This document shows positions 35,550 through 45,539 of a DNA stretch of 64,000 nt, piece after piece (the stretch's first letter is position 1; the number at the start of each line of letters is the position of its first letter). The stretch is from an uncultured Gammaproteobacteria bacterium (GTDB lineage: Bacteria; Pseudomonadota; Gammaproteobacteria; GCA-001735895): positions 1,106-65,105 of the forward strand of contig CAZAVY010000003.1 of NCBI GenBank assembly GCA_964488685.1. The letters run 5' to 3'. Made by a program: the position numbers and the translations under genes. The notes below the pieces were generated by a model, which was not told the DNA's origin, did no database searches, and saw only the letters and a list, made by a program, of their open reading frames with translations.

Positions 35550-36375
35550 TTTTGCTATTACGGGTTGCAAGTTTCAGCAGAATAACCCCAACTATAATCA
35601 TTGGAATCGATAATACAATGCCCCGGGTGAGCCAGTCCGTGTTCATCAGGTATCCGATATGTGCATCCGGTAAACGTATCAATTCTACGCTGCTGCGAGC
35701 AAGCCCGTATAGCAACAGGAAATAACCTGAAACTGTCATTACCGGGCGTGGCCTGGAAGATATAAGCCACAACGCCACGAACAATAAAAGCCCTTCGAGC
35801 ATCATTTGGTATAACTGGGTGGGGTGGCGAGCACTAAAACACAGCGGTCCGGCGAAATCGACATAGCGATCGGGTGGAAATTGTTCACAGGACAATTTCA
35901 TAGCCCAGGGAACTCTGCCCGGCGCGCCCCAGAGTTCGGCATTGATAAAATTACCGAAGCGTCCCGCAGCCAGACCCAGGGGCACCAACGGGGCGATAAA
36001 ATCAGTCAATTCTAAAAACCCGCATCCCAGCCTGCGCCGGAAAGCCGCCATCGCTACCAATACGCCGATAAATCCCCCGTGGAAAGACATGCCACCTTCC
36101 CAGATCTTTAACAGATACAACGGGTTTTGCAGAAAACTGTCAATGTTATAAAAAAGTACCGATCCGATACGCCCACCCAGCACGGCGCCCAGCGCAGCAT
36201 AAAAAATGAGGTCGCCGATCTGTTCGGGTTTTACCGGGGAATGACCTTGCCGGGCACGTAGTTTGCCAAGCCACCAGGCACTGCCAAAGGCTACCAGGTA
36301 CATCATTCCATACCAGTGGACTTTAACCGGGCCAAGCGAAATCGCGACCGGATCTATCGATGGAAAAGCAATCAT
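35533..36375 (-). CDS. lgt: phosphatidylglycerol--prolipoprotein diacylglyceryl transferase
   Basis: Internal Met of ORF 35533..36543 gives [27 protein letters not shown]. Also GGMSFHGG and [13 protein letters not shown]. Confidence 0.9.
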   Translation of the reverse strand: MIAFPSIDPVAISLGPVKVHWYGMMYLVAFGSAWWLGKLRARQGHSPVKPEQIGDLIFYAALGAVLGGRIGSVLFYNIDSFLQNPLYLLKIWEGGMSFHGGFIGVLVAMAAFRRRLGCGFLELTDFIAPLVPLGLAAGRFGNFINAELWGAPGRVPWAMKLSCEQFPPDRYVDFAGPLCFSARHPTQLYQMMLEGLLLFVALWLISSRPRPVMTVSGYFLLLYGLARSSVELIRLPDAHIGYLMNTDWLTRGIVLSIPMIIVGVILLKLATRNSKNAPIS

Positions 36376-36456
36376 TGTGGATTTTGCTGACTCAAACTCA
36401 TGAGTATGCCTGATCAGGGTGCTATTATTGCACGGATATAATTCAGAAACACAACC

Positions 36457-38511
36457 ATGTCTAACGCGCTTGCCCTGGAATCGAGCCCCTACCTGCGCCA
36501 GCACGCTGATAACCCCGTTGACTGGTTGCCCTGGTCGCAACAAGCGCTCGATCTGGCACTCGAACAGAACAAACCAATCCTGCTATCGGTCGGTTACTCT
36601 GCCTGTCACTGGTGTCACGTGATGGCGCATGAATCCTTCGAAGACCCGGCAACCGCCGCACTGATGAATAAACACTTTGTCAATATCAAGGTAGATCGTG
36701 AGGAACGCCCGGATATCGATCGAATATACCAGAACGCGCATCAGCTGATCGCACGCCGTCCCGGCGGTTGGCCTCTGACCATGTTCCTGTCGCCGCGTGA
36801 TCAACTACCCTTCTTTGGAGGCACCTACTTCCCGGATAAACCCAAATACGGCATGATTTCGTTCAGCGATCTACTCGAGCGCATCGCCCGGGTGTTTCAT
36901 CAACAACCCGACGAGGTAAAGCAACAGGGCGAAGCTATTCAACAGGCGCTGATCGAAATCGAGATGCGCGAGAATCAGAACCGGCAGAGCGCGAATATCG
37001 GCGCCCTGGAAATATTTGATACCCAGCTACTCGAGACCTACGATTCCGAGTTTGGAGGCTTTGGGCAGGCGCCAAAATTCCCGCAACCCGCCATTTTGCT
37101 ACAGGCGCTGGCACGGGCGTTTGGCAAATCACCCGACGACCCGGTCTATCGCGCGATCACCTTCAGTTTGCAGCAGATCGCGCTGGGTGGCATTCAGGAT
37201 CACCTCGGCGGCGGATTTTTCCGCTATTCGGTGGACGACAAATGGATGATCCCGCATTTTGAAAAAATGCTGTACGACAACGGCCAGTTGTTGCAGGTGA
37301 TGGCTCAAGCTTACAGTCTGACCGGGAACGCTATGTTCATGGCTGCGGTCAATGGCATCGTAAACTGGCTCGAAGGTGAAATGCGCAGCGACGCCGGCAG
37401 CTTTTACGCCGCCCTCGACGCCGATTCGGAGGGCGTCGAAGGCAGGTTTTACCTGTGGACGCCGACCGAAGTTGAAGCAATCACAGGCGACGATGCCTAC
37501 CCCGCATTTGCCTTTCGCTATGGTCTCGATCAAGCGGCAAACTTTGAAGGCGAATGGCATTTACACAGTTACCACGATACCCAGCAGGTGATTGCCAGGT
37601 TCGGCATCGATAACCGGGAATACGAGGTGGAGCACGAACGCATACGCCGGCGACTGATGGCGGTACGCGCCGGTCGCATCCGCCCCGGACTCGACAACAA
37701 GGTTTTGACCAGCTGGAATGCACTGGTCATTCGCGGGCTCGCAAACGCGGCCCGGGTGTTCATGCGTCAGGACTATTTCGACATCGCGCACCGATGCCTG
37801 CAGTCGATTAAGAAGGAATGCTGGCTTGACGGTTGCCTGCTGGCCTTGAGCGTCACTTCCGGGAAAAAACTGCCGGCCTACCTCGACGATTACGCACATC
37901 TGCTGCAGGCCACGCTCGATTGCCTGCAATTCGAATGGAACCCTGCCGATCTCGAGTTTGCGACCCAACTCGCCACGCAACTACTGGAGCGATTTGCCGA
38001 TCAGACAAATGGCGGGTTCTTTTTCACCGCCAGCGATCACGAAAAATTAATCCAGCGCTCCAAGTCCTGGCCGGATGAAGCGATGCCGAGCGGTAATGCG
38101 GTCGCGGCCCTGGCTTTACACCGTCTCGGGCTGCTGATCGGCAATCAGGTCTTTGTCCAGAGCGCCGAAAAAGCGTTGCAATCGGTCGCCGACAATATCA
38201 ACCAGGCTGCTTTCCACGCCGCCAGTTTCATGGCACTGCTCGAAGCGGTACACAAACCGCCGTTTCAAATTATTGTGCGGGGCGAGTCCGCCAGCCTGAG
38301 AAATTGGCGCGCATCGATACTGCCGCGGTTGAGACCCGATCAGGCCGCTTATTTTATTCCATATGATGCTGCTGCCGGCCTGCCCGATGAAATCGCGCAA
38401 AAAACCAGCGACGAGAAAATCAGCGCCTGGATTTGCGAAGGTTTTAGCTGCCGCATGCCCCTTTACGACCTCGATTCCGTGTTAGCGGAGCTCGCGCCCG
38501 CAAGGCGTTAA
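36457..38511 (+). CDS. thioredoxin-domain protein, YyaL/DUF255 family
   Basis: 684 aa. NPVDWLPWSQQALDLALEQNKPILLSVGYSACHWCHVMAHESFED followed by IKVDREERPDID, then an alpha/alpha-toroid-like C-terminal part. Confidence 0.85.
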   Translation: MSNALALESSPYLRQHADNPVDWLPWSQQALDLALEQNKPILLSVGYSACHWCHVMAHESFEDPATAALMNKHFVNIKVDREERPDIDRIYQNAHQLIARRPGGWPLTMFLSPRDQLPFFGGTYFPDKPKYGMISFSDLLERIARVFHQQPDEVKQQGEAIQQALIEIEMRENQNRQSANIGALEIFDTQLLETYDSEFGGFGQAPKFPQPAILLQALARAFGKSPDDPVYRAITFSLQQIALGGIQDHLGGGFFRYSVDDKWMIPHFEKMLYDNGQLLQVMAQAYSLTGNAMFMAAVNGIVNWLEGEMRSDAGSFYAALDADSEGVEGRFYLWTPTEVEAITGDDAYPAFAFRYGLDQAANFEGEWHLHSYHDTQQVIARFGIDNREYEVEHERIRRRLMAVRAGRIRPGLDNKVLTSWNALVIRGLANAARVFMRQDYFDIAHRCLQSIKKECWLDGCLLALSVTSGKKLPAYLDDYAHLLQATLDCLQFEWNPADLEFATQLATQLLERFADQTNGGFFFTASDHEKLIQRSKSWPDEAMPSGNAVAALALHRLGLLIGNQVFVQSAEKALQSVADNINQAAFHAASFMALLEAVHKPPFQIIVRGESASLRNWRASILPRLRPDQAAYFIPYDAAAGLPDEIAQKTSDEKISAWICEGFSCRMPLYDLDSVLAELAPARR

Positions 38512-38515
38512 CCCG

Positions 38516-38884
38516 TCAAGTAAACAACACCAGGAACCAGACTACCGCCATTATCAGCATTGCCATCGCGACCGCGGCCGAACCCATATCCTTGGCGCGC
38601 CCGGAAAGTTCGTGCTGTTCCCCGCCCAGGCGATCGACGACGGCCTCCAGCGCGGAGTTCAGGATTTCTACCAACGGCAAAAGCATTACGCTAGACACCA
38701 GCAGGGCTTTCTCGATTCCATTGTCACCGAGGTAGAGTCCAAGCGGAATCATGACAATACAAAGCCAGATTTCCTGGCGAAATGCTTCTTCGTGGCGATA
38801 GGCGGCACACAGGCCCTGCCATGAATACCCGGCTGCCTTTATGATTCGATTAAAGCCCTTGTTGCCACTATAGGCCACGATCAC
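38516..38884 (-). CDS. dgkA: diacylglycerol kinase
   Basis: 122 aa with three TM helices. RIIKAAGYSWQGLCAAYRHEEAFRQE is typical of DgkA. Confidence 0.85.
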   Translation of the reverse strand: MIVAYSGNKGFNRIIKAAGYSWQGLCAAYRHEEAFRQEIWLCIVMIPLGLYLGDNGIEKALLVSSVMLLPLVEILNSALEAVVDRLGGEQHELSGRAKDMGSAAVAMAMLIMAVVWFLVLFT

Positions 38885-38952
38885 CCCTGATTGATTTAAT
38901 CGACACCTGCCTGATACCGGCTCGCAGCGATTTTCATAGCGCTTTGCCGGGA

Positions 38953-39342
38953 CTATTCTTCGTCGGCAATCACTTCCATATAGGCTTCGGCGCCCAGTAA
39001 ACCCTCAACTTCTTCAAGAACTTCCATCGAAACCTTGTACATCCAGCCATCGCCATAAGGATCATTGTTGATTTTTTCAGGCGACCCTTCAAGCTCGTCG
39101 TTCACCTCGATAACTTCTCCGGAAACCGGGGCATAGGTGTCGGATGCCGCCTTGACCGATTCAATCACCGCGACCGAATCGCCTGCAGCCACGGTACTAC
39201 CCTGTTCAGGTAATTCGACATAGACGAGGTCTCCCAGCAATTCCTGGGCATGATCCGAAACCCCGATGGTCGCAATTTTATCTTCAACCAGAACCCATTC
39301 ATGCGTAGACAAAAACTTCAATTCTGATGGTACGTCACTCAT
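38953..39342 (-). CDS. gcvH: glycine cleavage system protein H
   Basis: 129 aa. Motifs THEWV and the lipoyl-lysine context VIESVKAASD. Confidence 0.95.
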   Translation of the reverse strand: MSDVPSELKFLSTHEWVLVEDKIATIGVSDHAQELLGDLVYVELPEQGSTVAAGDSVAVIESVKAASDTYAPVSGEVIEVNDELEGSPEKINNDPYGDGWMYKVSMEVLEEVEGLLGAEAYMEVIADEE

Positions 39343-40442
39343 TTATCGTTACCCCCTTCAATCAACATGGATTTCCCTTCGCGCACGAAGGGAAGCTTGA
39401 CAATTTCGGCTTTCAACAACTTGTTGCGCAGCTCGACCTGAACCTGGCCGGCAACACCGGCCGGCACTCTCGCCATCGCAATGGATCGCTGCAGTGTCGG
39501 CGAATAACTTCCCGATGTGATTTCACCGTCACCCGCGGTCGTTACCACCTTCAAATGACTGCGCAACACCCCTTTGTCCAATAGTAACAGACCGACAAAA
39601 CTTTGCTGCAAACCGGCAGCCTGTTGTGCCTGCAGTGCCTTTTTACCGATGAATTCACGCTCATCCCCGATCGCGACGGTCCAGCCCAGACCGGAAACCA
39701 ACGGGCTGGTTGATTCATCCATATCGGCGCCATACAGGTTCATGCCCGCTTCGAGGCGCAGGGTGTCGCGCGCGCCCAGACCACAGGGTGCGACACCGGC
39801 TGCAAGCAACCGATTCCACAGGCCGGCAATTTGATCACCCAGCATCAGGATTTCAAAACCGTCTTCACCGGTGTAACCGGTGCGGGCGACAAAGCAATCG
39901 TCAAATTCCACCCCCTGAAAACGCGACAATTGCTGCAACGCCGGTTGTTGATAGTCGGCAAACAGTTCGATGGCCCGGTCTATCGCCCTGGGGCCTTGCA
40001 CCGCAAGCATTGCGACATCATGACGAAATTTTACGCTGAGATTCGAGTATTGCCGGGCCTGTTGATCGAGCCAGGCCAGATCTTTTTCACGCGTCGCCGA
40101 ATTAATCACAAGCCGGTAAAGGTTGTGCCGCAGGTAATATACGATCAGGTCGTCGATCACGCCGCCCTGCGGGTGAAGCATGCAGCTATAAAGCGCTTTA
40201 CCGGTGAATGTTAACCTGGCGACATCGTTGGCGAGCAGATATTGCAGATAAGCTTTTGCGTCGCTGCCATTGACGTCGACAACGGTCATGTGCGAAACAT
40301 CGAACATCCCCGCATCGGTGCGAACCGCTTCGTGCTCGGTAATTTGCGAACCATAGTTGATGGGCATATCCCAGCCGGCAAAATCGACGAGCCTGGCACC
40401 GGCATCGAGATGACACCGGTAGAGTGGAGTCTTGTTTCCCAT
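39339..40442 (-). CDS. gcvT: glycine cleavage system aminomethyltransferase T
   Basis: 367 aa. Motifs FAGWDMPINYGS, FDVSHM, ARTGYTGEDGFEI and ARDTLRLEAG. Confidence 0.95.
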   Translation of the reverse strand: MGNKTPLYRCHLDAGARLVDFAGWDMPINYGSQITEHEAVRTDAGMFDVSHMTVVDVNGSDAKAYLQYLLANDVARLTFTGKALYSCMLHPQGGVIDDLIVYYLRHNLYRLVINSATREKDLAWLDQQARQYSNLSVKFRHDVAMLAVQGPRAIDRAIELFADYQQPALQQLSRFQGVEFDDCFVARTGYTGEDGFEILMLGDQIAGLWNRLLAAGVAPCGLGARDTLRLEAGMNLYGADMDESTSPLVSGLGWTVAIGDEREFIGKKALQAQQAAGLQQSFVGLLLLDKGVLRSHLKVVTTAGDGEITSGSYSPTLQRSIAMARVPAGVAGQVQVELRNKLLKAEIVKLPFVREGKSMLIEGGNDK

Positions 40443-40522
40443 GGGTCATGCCTCGCCAACCGATCAGCGCCCCAGGCGCCAAGAGCACAGAGGATAGAGC
40501 CTGCGTGGTTTAAATAAAAGCC

Positions 40523-43500
40523 CTATATACAGACTAACAAACTGTCTTTATCACCATCCACATTTAATAGTTCTTGCATGACCGATTCGGCCTCGGGCTG
40601 ATTGCTGGCTATCGCCTTCGTCAGTTTATCGAAGTTCTCCAGGAACGCGATCAGATCATCGATGATCGTCCAGAAAAAACCAACACCTCCGCCGGGGGTT
40701 AACGTGAGTGATAAGTCACCGGTGGTACCAATATTGCCGGTATAGGTCGGCGTCGCAGCCCCGCCGCCTATGCCTACAATGGCGGCAAATTGATTCATGG
40801 TTCGGGTAAGGTAAGTAATCGGTACGAAAGTATCGTTGTTGGATACGGTATATCCAGCAACCGGCAGCAATACCAAATTGCCCCCGAGATCGGCCTGTCC
40901 CTGAACCTGTAAAAGGTCGTAATCGATACCAGCGACAGGAGTGCCACCATTTTGAATATCGATCACGACGTTACCGAGCGTGTTGGTGAAATTCCCGATG
41001 ATGGTCAGGGTCCCGATCGCAGCGGCGTTACCGGGAACGACAGTGCCACCATTGTTAACTACATTGCCGCTGTAGGTTCCATTTCCAAATAAAGTACTGC
41101 CCGCATCGAGCGTCAGGGTCGGCAAACTGGCTATTACCAGGGTGCCGGAATCGACCTGGATCGCGGCACCTGTATTGATGAATGCCACGGCCGAATTAAC
41201 CGTCGACGTACCCAGGCCACCCGACTTGGAAAAAAGGCCCGTATTGTTGAAGGTCGCGCTGGTACCCGTCCCCAGATCCGAGTCGTTGAGTAGGTCGAAT
41301 GAGCCGAAATTGTTGAAAACACTGCCGCTTTCAAGCTGGAAATCGCCGGGCAGCAAGCTGTTCAGGGTCAATGCGCCTGTATTGTTGACGATGATATTGA
41401 TGACGTTGTGAACCCCCGCGCCACCGACCGTGGTATTGCCAAACAGGTCCAGCACCCCGCTGCCGCCGCCTTGAATCGACGCGCCGGCGGACCAGTTGAA
41501 CGCGCCGGTTACCGACAGGGTGATGCCGGACACATCGAGCGCACCGCCAGTTAAATTGAAGTCGCCGGCGAATGCCGCATCGCTTGCGAACACCAGGGTG
41601 CCGCCCGCAAGCGTCAGGCTGCTGGTCACGGCCAAATTAAATCTATCGAAAGTCACATTACCGTTGACAACGGGGTTACCGACACCGGAACTGGTGAAGG
41701 TGCCGCCATAGGTGCCCGCCGTCAGCGAAATCGGGTTCGGGGTATTAAAATCGACAGTGCCACCAACAATGTTGTTGAAAATATTGGTGTTACTGATAAT
41801 CGTGTTGGTGGAAACTATGGAAATATTGCCGGCATTTCCAGTAGCCTGCACGTCATCGATTCGAATCTGGTCGGCAATAATCAGGCTGCCACTGGTGATA
41901 TTCAAATTGATATTGCCGCCGTTGACTGTCTCGAGACCCAAAATTGTATGAGGCCCAAAACTATCGCATCCCAATCCCACAGCACCTGTACCGTAACAGG
42001 TACCGCCCACCGTAACATCGACACTGACCCTCGGCTGCGCATTGATATAAATGCCGTTGGGTGCATTGGTGGACTCGTGAATGTGCGCACCCAGGTTGTC
42101 GACGACCAGGTTTAGCGGTAGCGCGACAGTTCCGACAGTGCCGTTAGCCGGACCATCATGATCGATAAACAACGAGTTCGCGGTGATAGTGCCACCGGCA
42201 ATTTGAAGAATATCGCTACCGGCGGTTGCGCCAACCTGTCGGATAATCGCATGGTTGGCAGTCAGCGAGTTCAGCGTGATATCGCCACTCAGAGTACCGG
42301 GAGAAGGACCGATAGACATCGTTATCTCGATATTGCCGGTTCCAGCATCAATGGAAGTCCCCGGCGCCATGGTTATCTCGGCAACACCGGCGCCACGATT
42401 GGTAATATTGGCACCCGGGTCATTCGCGGTGATACTCAGGTTACCGTTATCGGTGAAGATATTCGCATTGATAAACACGCTTTGGCCGGCCTGGAAAGTT
42501 ATATTACCGCCGCCACCGCCCTCCGCGGTGATAATGTCGTTGTTGATGGTAATATCACGATCGGCCTGAATAACAACATCAGTGCCAAGATTTGTAATAC
42601 CGGTTATTGCAAACGGGTCAAATATCGTCGTCTGGCCCGGATCAGTCAAAAAAGTATAGGGGTTTACGGGAAGCGTGGTGAGACCGCCGATTGCAAAGGT
42701 TACACTGAGTGGATCGAACAGTACCGTGCCCGATAGGCCGTTATTCGCGCTGGCATCTACAAAACCGTTGAAGTTCAGCGTCTGCTTGCCGGAGATTTCG
42801 ATAAAGCCACCATCACCGGATATCTCACCGCCTTTGGCAGTGACTACACCATGGAATAGGGTGTAGTCATCGGCCCAGACAATCACCTTGCCGCCATTGC
42901 CCGATTCGATCGCATCGGCATGAATGCTGGCACCGCTGCTAACCTGGGTCTGGGCCGCGGTTTGGGTGTCACCCTGCCCCTGGAAGGCGCCACCGATTAA
43001 TACTTCGCCGCCACCGGTCCGACCCGACACATTGACGCTTGCATCGCCGAACAATCCGACGCGATCGCCCAGTATCTGAATATTGCCGCCCTGGCGGGTA
43101 TCACCCTGCGCGCTTGCGTTGCCCGAGAAGTACACATCGCCGTGATGACTCTGTACTAGAATGCTACCGCCTTCGTCACCATTGGCAGTGAGGATCGCGC
43201 TAGCCGTGACCTCGATATCCTGCCGGGCCACGAGACTGATGCTACCGTCTGCGTTTTGCACGATACCGGTCGCGTTGATGGTGCCGCTGTGCGTCAGGTT
43301 GCCGGCGAACAACCGCGCCGCGCCCTGCCTGGCGATGATGTCGCCGAGGTTGATGATGCGGTTGTCGTCATGCGATTGCACATCGAATTCGATCGAGGCA
43401 TCGTTCAGGCTGGTAATGCGGATCGACTCGCCCGCGGCCAGCACCACCTGGCCGTTGTCGACTTCGATTACGCCGCCGTTTTCGATGTCCGGCGCGATCA

Positions 43501-44002
43501 GTACGACATTACCGCCCGGCCCTGCGTGGATGTAACCCTGGTTGATGATGCCGCCGAAACCACCGCCTTCGAACTTCAGATTTCCGTTGAGGAAATCCGC
43601 GTTGGTGATGTTTAAAGTGGAACCGTAAAAACCGGCGGTATTGATCTGTGCACCGGCGCCGATGATCAACCCGTGCTGGTTGATCAAAAACACCTGGCCG
43701 TTGGAATTGAGGTTGCCGTAGATTTTGGTGGGGCTGTTGCTCAGCACCCGGTTCATGACCGCGCTGGCGCGGCTCGGCTGGATGAAATTAGTGGTCTGGC
43801 CGACACCGATGTTGAAGCCCTGCCAGTTGATGATCGCGTTGTGGCTATTGGTGACGTTGAGGGTGTTGGCGTTCGGCTGCGAGAAGCTCGCCGTGCCACT
43901 GACCACCTGTGGACCATTTGGATTTGCGAGCGCGCAGCTGCCGATGATAGCGAGGGCTATCGAGGCAACCTGTATTACGCTTCGTTTCAACATAAGTTTC
44001 AC
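40523..44002 (-). CDS. TpsA-type exoprotein (filamentous-haemagglutinin N-terminal TPS domain followed by a beta-helical repeat region)
   Basis: 1159 aa. Signal peptide, then a TPS domain (NPNGPQVVSGTASFSQPNANTLNVTNSHNAIINWQGFNIGVGQTTNFIQPSRASAVMNRV...GQVFLINQHGLIIG), then GGFIEISGK...GTVLFDP. A long Gly/Thr/Asn-rich beta-strand repeat region follows. The last ~55 aa are non-repetitive. Confidence 0.85.
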   Translation of the reverse strand: MKLMLKRSVIQVASIALAIIGSCALANPNGPQVVSGTASFSQPNANTLNVTNSHNAIINWQGFNIGVGQTTNFIQPSRASAVMNRVLSNSPTKIYGNLNSNGQVFLINQHGLIIGAGAQINTAGFYGSTLNITNADFLNGNLKFEGGGFGGIINQGYIHAGPGGNVVLIAPDIENGGVIEVDNGQVVLAAGESIRITSLNDASIEFDVQSHDDNRIINLGDIIARQGAARLFAGNLTHSGTINATGIVQNADGSISLVARQDIEVTASAILTANGDEGGSILVQSHHGDVYFSGNASAQGDTRQGGNIQILGDRVGLFGDASVNVSGRTGGGEVLIGGAFQGQGDTQTAAQTQVSSGASIHADAIESGNGGKVIVWADDYTLFHGVVTAKGGEISGDGGFIEISGKQTLNFNGFVDASANNGLSGTVLFDPLSVTFAIGGLTTLPVNPYTFLTDPGQTTIFDPFAITGITNLGTDVVIQADRDITINNDIITAEGGGGGNITFQAGQSVFINANIFTDNGNLSITANDPGANITNRGAGVAEITMAPGTSIDAGTGNIEITMSIGPSPGTLSGDITLNSLTANHAIIRQVGATAGSDILQIAGGTITANSLFIDHDGPANGTVGTVALPLNLVVDNLGAHIHESTNAPNGIYINAQPRVSVDVTVGGTCYGTGAVGLGCDSFGPHTILGLETVNGGNINLNITSGSLIIADQIRIDDVQATGNAGNISIVSTNTIISNTNIFNNIVGGTVDFNTPNPISLTAGTYGGTFTSSGVGNPVVNGNVTFDRFNLAVTSSLTLAGGTLVFASDAAFAGDFNLTGGALDVSGITLSVTGAFNWSAGASIQGGGSGVLDLFGNTTVGGAGVHNVINIIVNNTGALTLNSLLPGDFQLESGSVFNNFGSFDLLNDSDLGTGTSATFNNTGLFSKSGGLGTSTVNSAVAFINTGAAIQVDSGTLVIASLPTLTLDAGSTLFGNGTYSGNVVNNGGTVVPGNAAAIGTLTIIGNFTNTLGNVVIDIQNGGTPVAGIDYDLLQVQGQADLGGNLVLLPVAGYTVSNNDTFVPITYLTRTMNQFAAIVGIGGGAATPTYTGNIGTTGDLSLTLTPGGGVGFFWTIIDDLIAFLENFDKLTKAIASNQPEAESVMQELLNVDGDKDSLLVCI

Positions 44003-44073
44003 CGACGGCCTAACAAACTACCGTCTTCGGCCTCCTGCTGCAACCGTTCTTGCATGATATTGCGAAGGGACCT

Positions 44074-45531
44074 TCACTGAACCGTACATTCCATGGTTTC
44101 CTTGCCGGCGCCTTTTTCACCGAACAGGTTCATCATTTGCTCCGACTGCGCCGTTATCTGGCCCGGGCTCGGGAACCGGTCAAACTTCTGAAACGCGGGC
44201 ACGAAACCAAGCCGCACTGCCTTGGCTGCATTCGCCAGGACCACTTCGCCGGCGCCAATATTAATCGTATTACCGTCGACGCCCCGAACCGCGACATCGC
44301 CCTTGTCCACTTTTACATAAAGCCCCGGATCGATCCTGACCGGGTCGGACTCGCTGAACAAATCTTCCGGAATCCTGATCTTGTCGGGTCGAGGCGCTCC
44401 TCCCATGGAGCGTAATCCTAGCGGGATATCCGGCACCGACAGCGGCGGGCTGAAATTGTTTCGCAGGTAAACGGTACGGCCGTTTTGCAACAAGGTCGAA
44501 CTGCTGCCGAGCTGTAACTCGATTGCGCCGCTCCAGACCCTGGCGTACATACCGTTGCCATCGCCGATTGCGTAGGCCGGTTTTACAAATAAATTCAGAA
44601 ACTTGCCCAGCAAGGTATCATTCGCCGGATCCCGCAACGCATTGCTGCTGACACAGGCACCTTCGCATACGAGATCAAAACCGGTGCCGCGGATGCCGAT
44701 GGTTGCCGTCGGTGTGGCCACCAGAAACGCTTTCTGGTTAAGTAATCCGATGGCCCCGGTTACCAGCCGTAAGCCACCTTGCAGGAACCTGAGGAAGGAG
44801 TTGTTCTCGTCCGGTTGCTCGGGTTTGAATTCGTGTTCCTCGATGCGAAACGCGCTTTTCGGAGACAGGGTTACGCGGGTCTTGTCGTTGAAGGCAATCA
44901 CGGTAAAAGACTTGATTCCGGTTTGAATCTGATCGCGCTCATAAACCGCGGCGCCAACACTCAGAACCCGGCTATTCTGGTCATCCTCGGTTGCGCTCGC
45001 CTTACCTTGCAGCAGGGCGATACGGCCAACCACGCGGGTCTCGCGCTGCGCCGCCTGCCGGGTGGCATTTTCTTCTTGCTGGCACTCATTGCCCTCGCAC
45101 AGTCGCGCATCAAATTCGGTACCGCGAATACCGATCGTCGCGACCGAGGTACTGATTCGAAACGCATCCGGATTGCGCTTGCTGATGAAACCGGTGAACG
45201 CTCGCAGCCCACCCCGGATCAATCGCAAAAACGCGTTCTCATTACCCTGCCGGGTATTGACGTTTACAATCTTGAAGGTGGTATTGGGCCGCAGCGTCAT
45301 CCGGGTGCCATCCTCGAGCTTGATCAGGGCGAAGCCACGGCTGCCGGTATTGAGCGTTTCACCGTTGTGCAGCACCACACCCTTGCCGATGAGTCGTGGT
45401 TGTTCACCATCGAGCTGCCCGCTTAAAATCCCGCGCGAATAGGTCACTTCTCCGACTTCAACTGCTGCCAGGCTGGCGAGGCTAAGCCCTGCACCCAGCA
45501 AACCGACTATTATCCTGTTAAGAATTTTCAT
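44074..45531 (-). CDS. exported protein with two tandem FecR-type domains
   Basis: ORF 44074..45543. The ATG at 45531 is preceded by gaggaa and lies 8 nt after the tpsB stop. Signal peptide MKILNRIIVGLLGAGLSLASLAA, then two FecR cores ending in ATIGIRGTEFDARLCEGNEC and ATIGIRGTGFDLVCEGAC. Confidence 0.75.
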   Translation of the reverse strand: MKILNRIIVGLLGAGLSLASLAAVEVGEVTYSRGILSGQLDGEQPRLIGKGVVLHNGETLNTGSRGFALIKLEDGTRMTLRPNTTFKIVNVNTRQGNENAFLRLIRGGLRAFTGFISKRNPDAFRISTSVATIGIRGTEFDARLCEGNECQQEENATRQAAQRETRVVGRIALLQGKASATEDDQNSRVLSVGAAVYERDQIQTGIKSFTVIAFNDKTRVTLSPKSAFRIEEHEFKPEQPDENNSFLRFLQGGLRLVTGAIGLLNQKAFLVATPTATIGIRGTGFDLVCEGACVSSNALRDPANDTLLGKFLNLFVKPAYAIGDGNGMYARVWSGAIELQLGSSSTLLQNGRTVYLRNNFSPPLSVPDIPLGLRSMGGAPRPDKIRIPEDLFSESDPVRIDPGLYVKVDKGDVAVRGVDGNTINIGAGEVVLANAAKAVRLGFVPAFQKFDRFPSPGQITAQSEQMMNLFGEKGAGKETMECTVQ

Positions 45532-45539
45532 GCAGTTCC

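Noticed and set aside
40443-40522. Glycine riboswitch upstream of gcvT
   Set aside because: Only 80 nt are available, and I could not find the conserved glycine-aptamer core sequences by eye. A covariance-model scan would be the decisive check.
41134-43615. Many 60-190-aa plus-strand ORFs antisense to the TpsA gene, for example 42158..42736, 43161..43535 and 43256..43615
   Set aside because: They lie entirely inside the well-supported 1159-aa TpsA frame. Their Arg/Pro/Ala-rich, low-complexity translations are typical shadow ORFs of a GC-rich repetitive gene. No family motifs are present.
40523-44002. The TpsA could be a CdiA-type contact-dependent inhibition toxin
   Set aside because: No VENN/pretoxin motif or recognisable toxin C-terminal domain was seen. 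No small immunity ORF lies downstream, since gcvT starts 80 nt after the stop.
44779-45426. 215-aa plus-strand ORF antisense to the tandem-FecR gene
   Set aside because: The opposite strand carries clear FecR motifs and a signal peptide. The antisense translation has no recognisable features.
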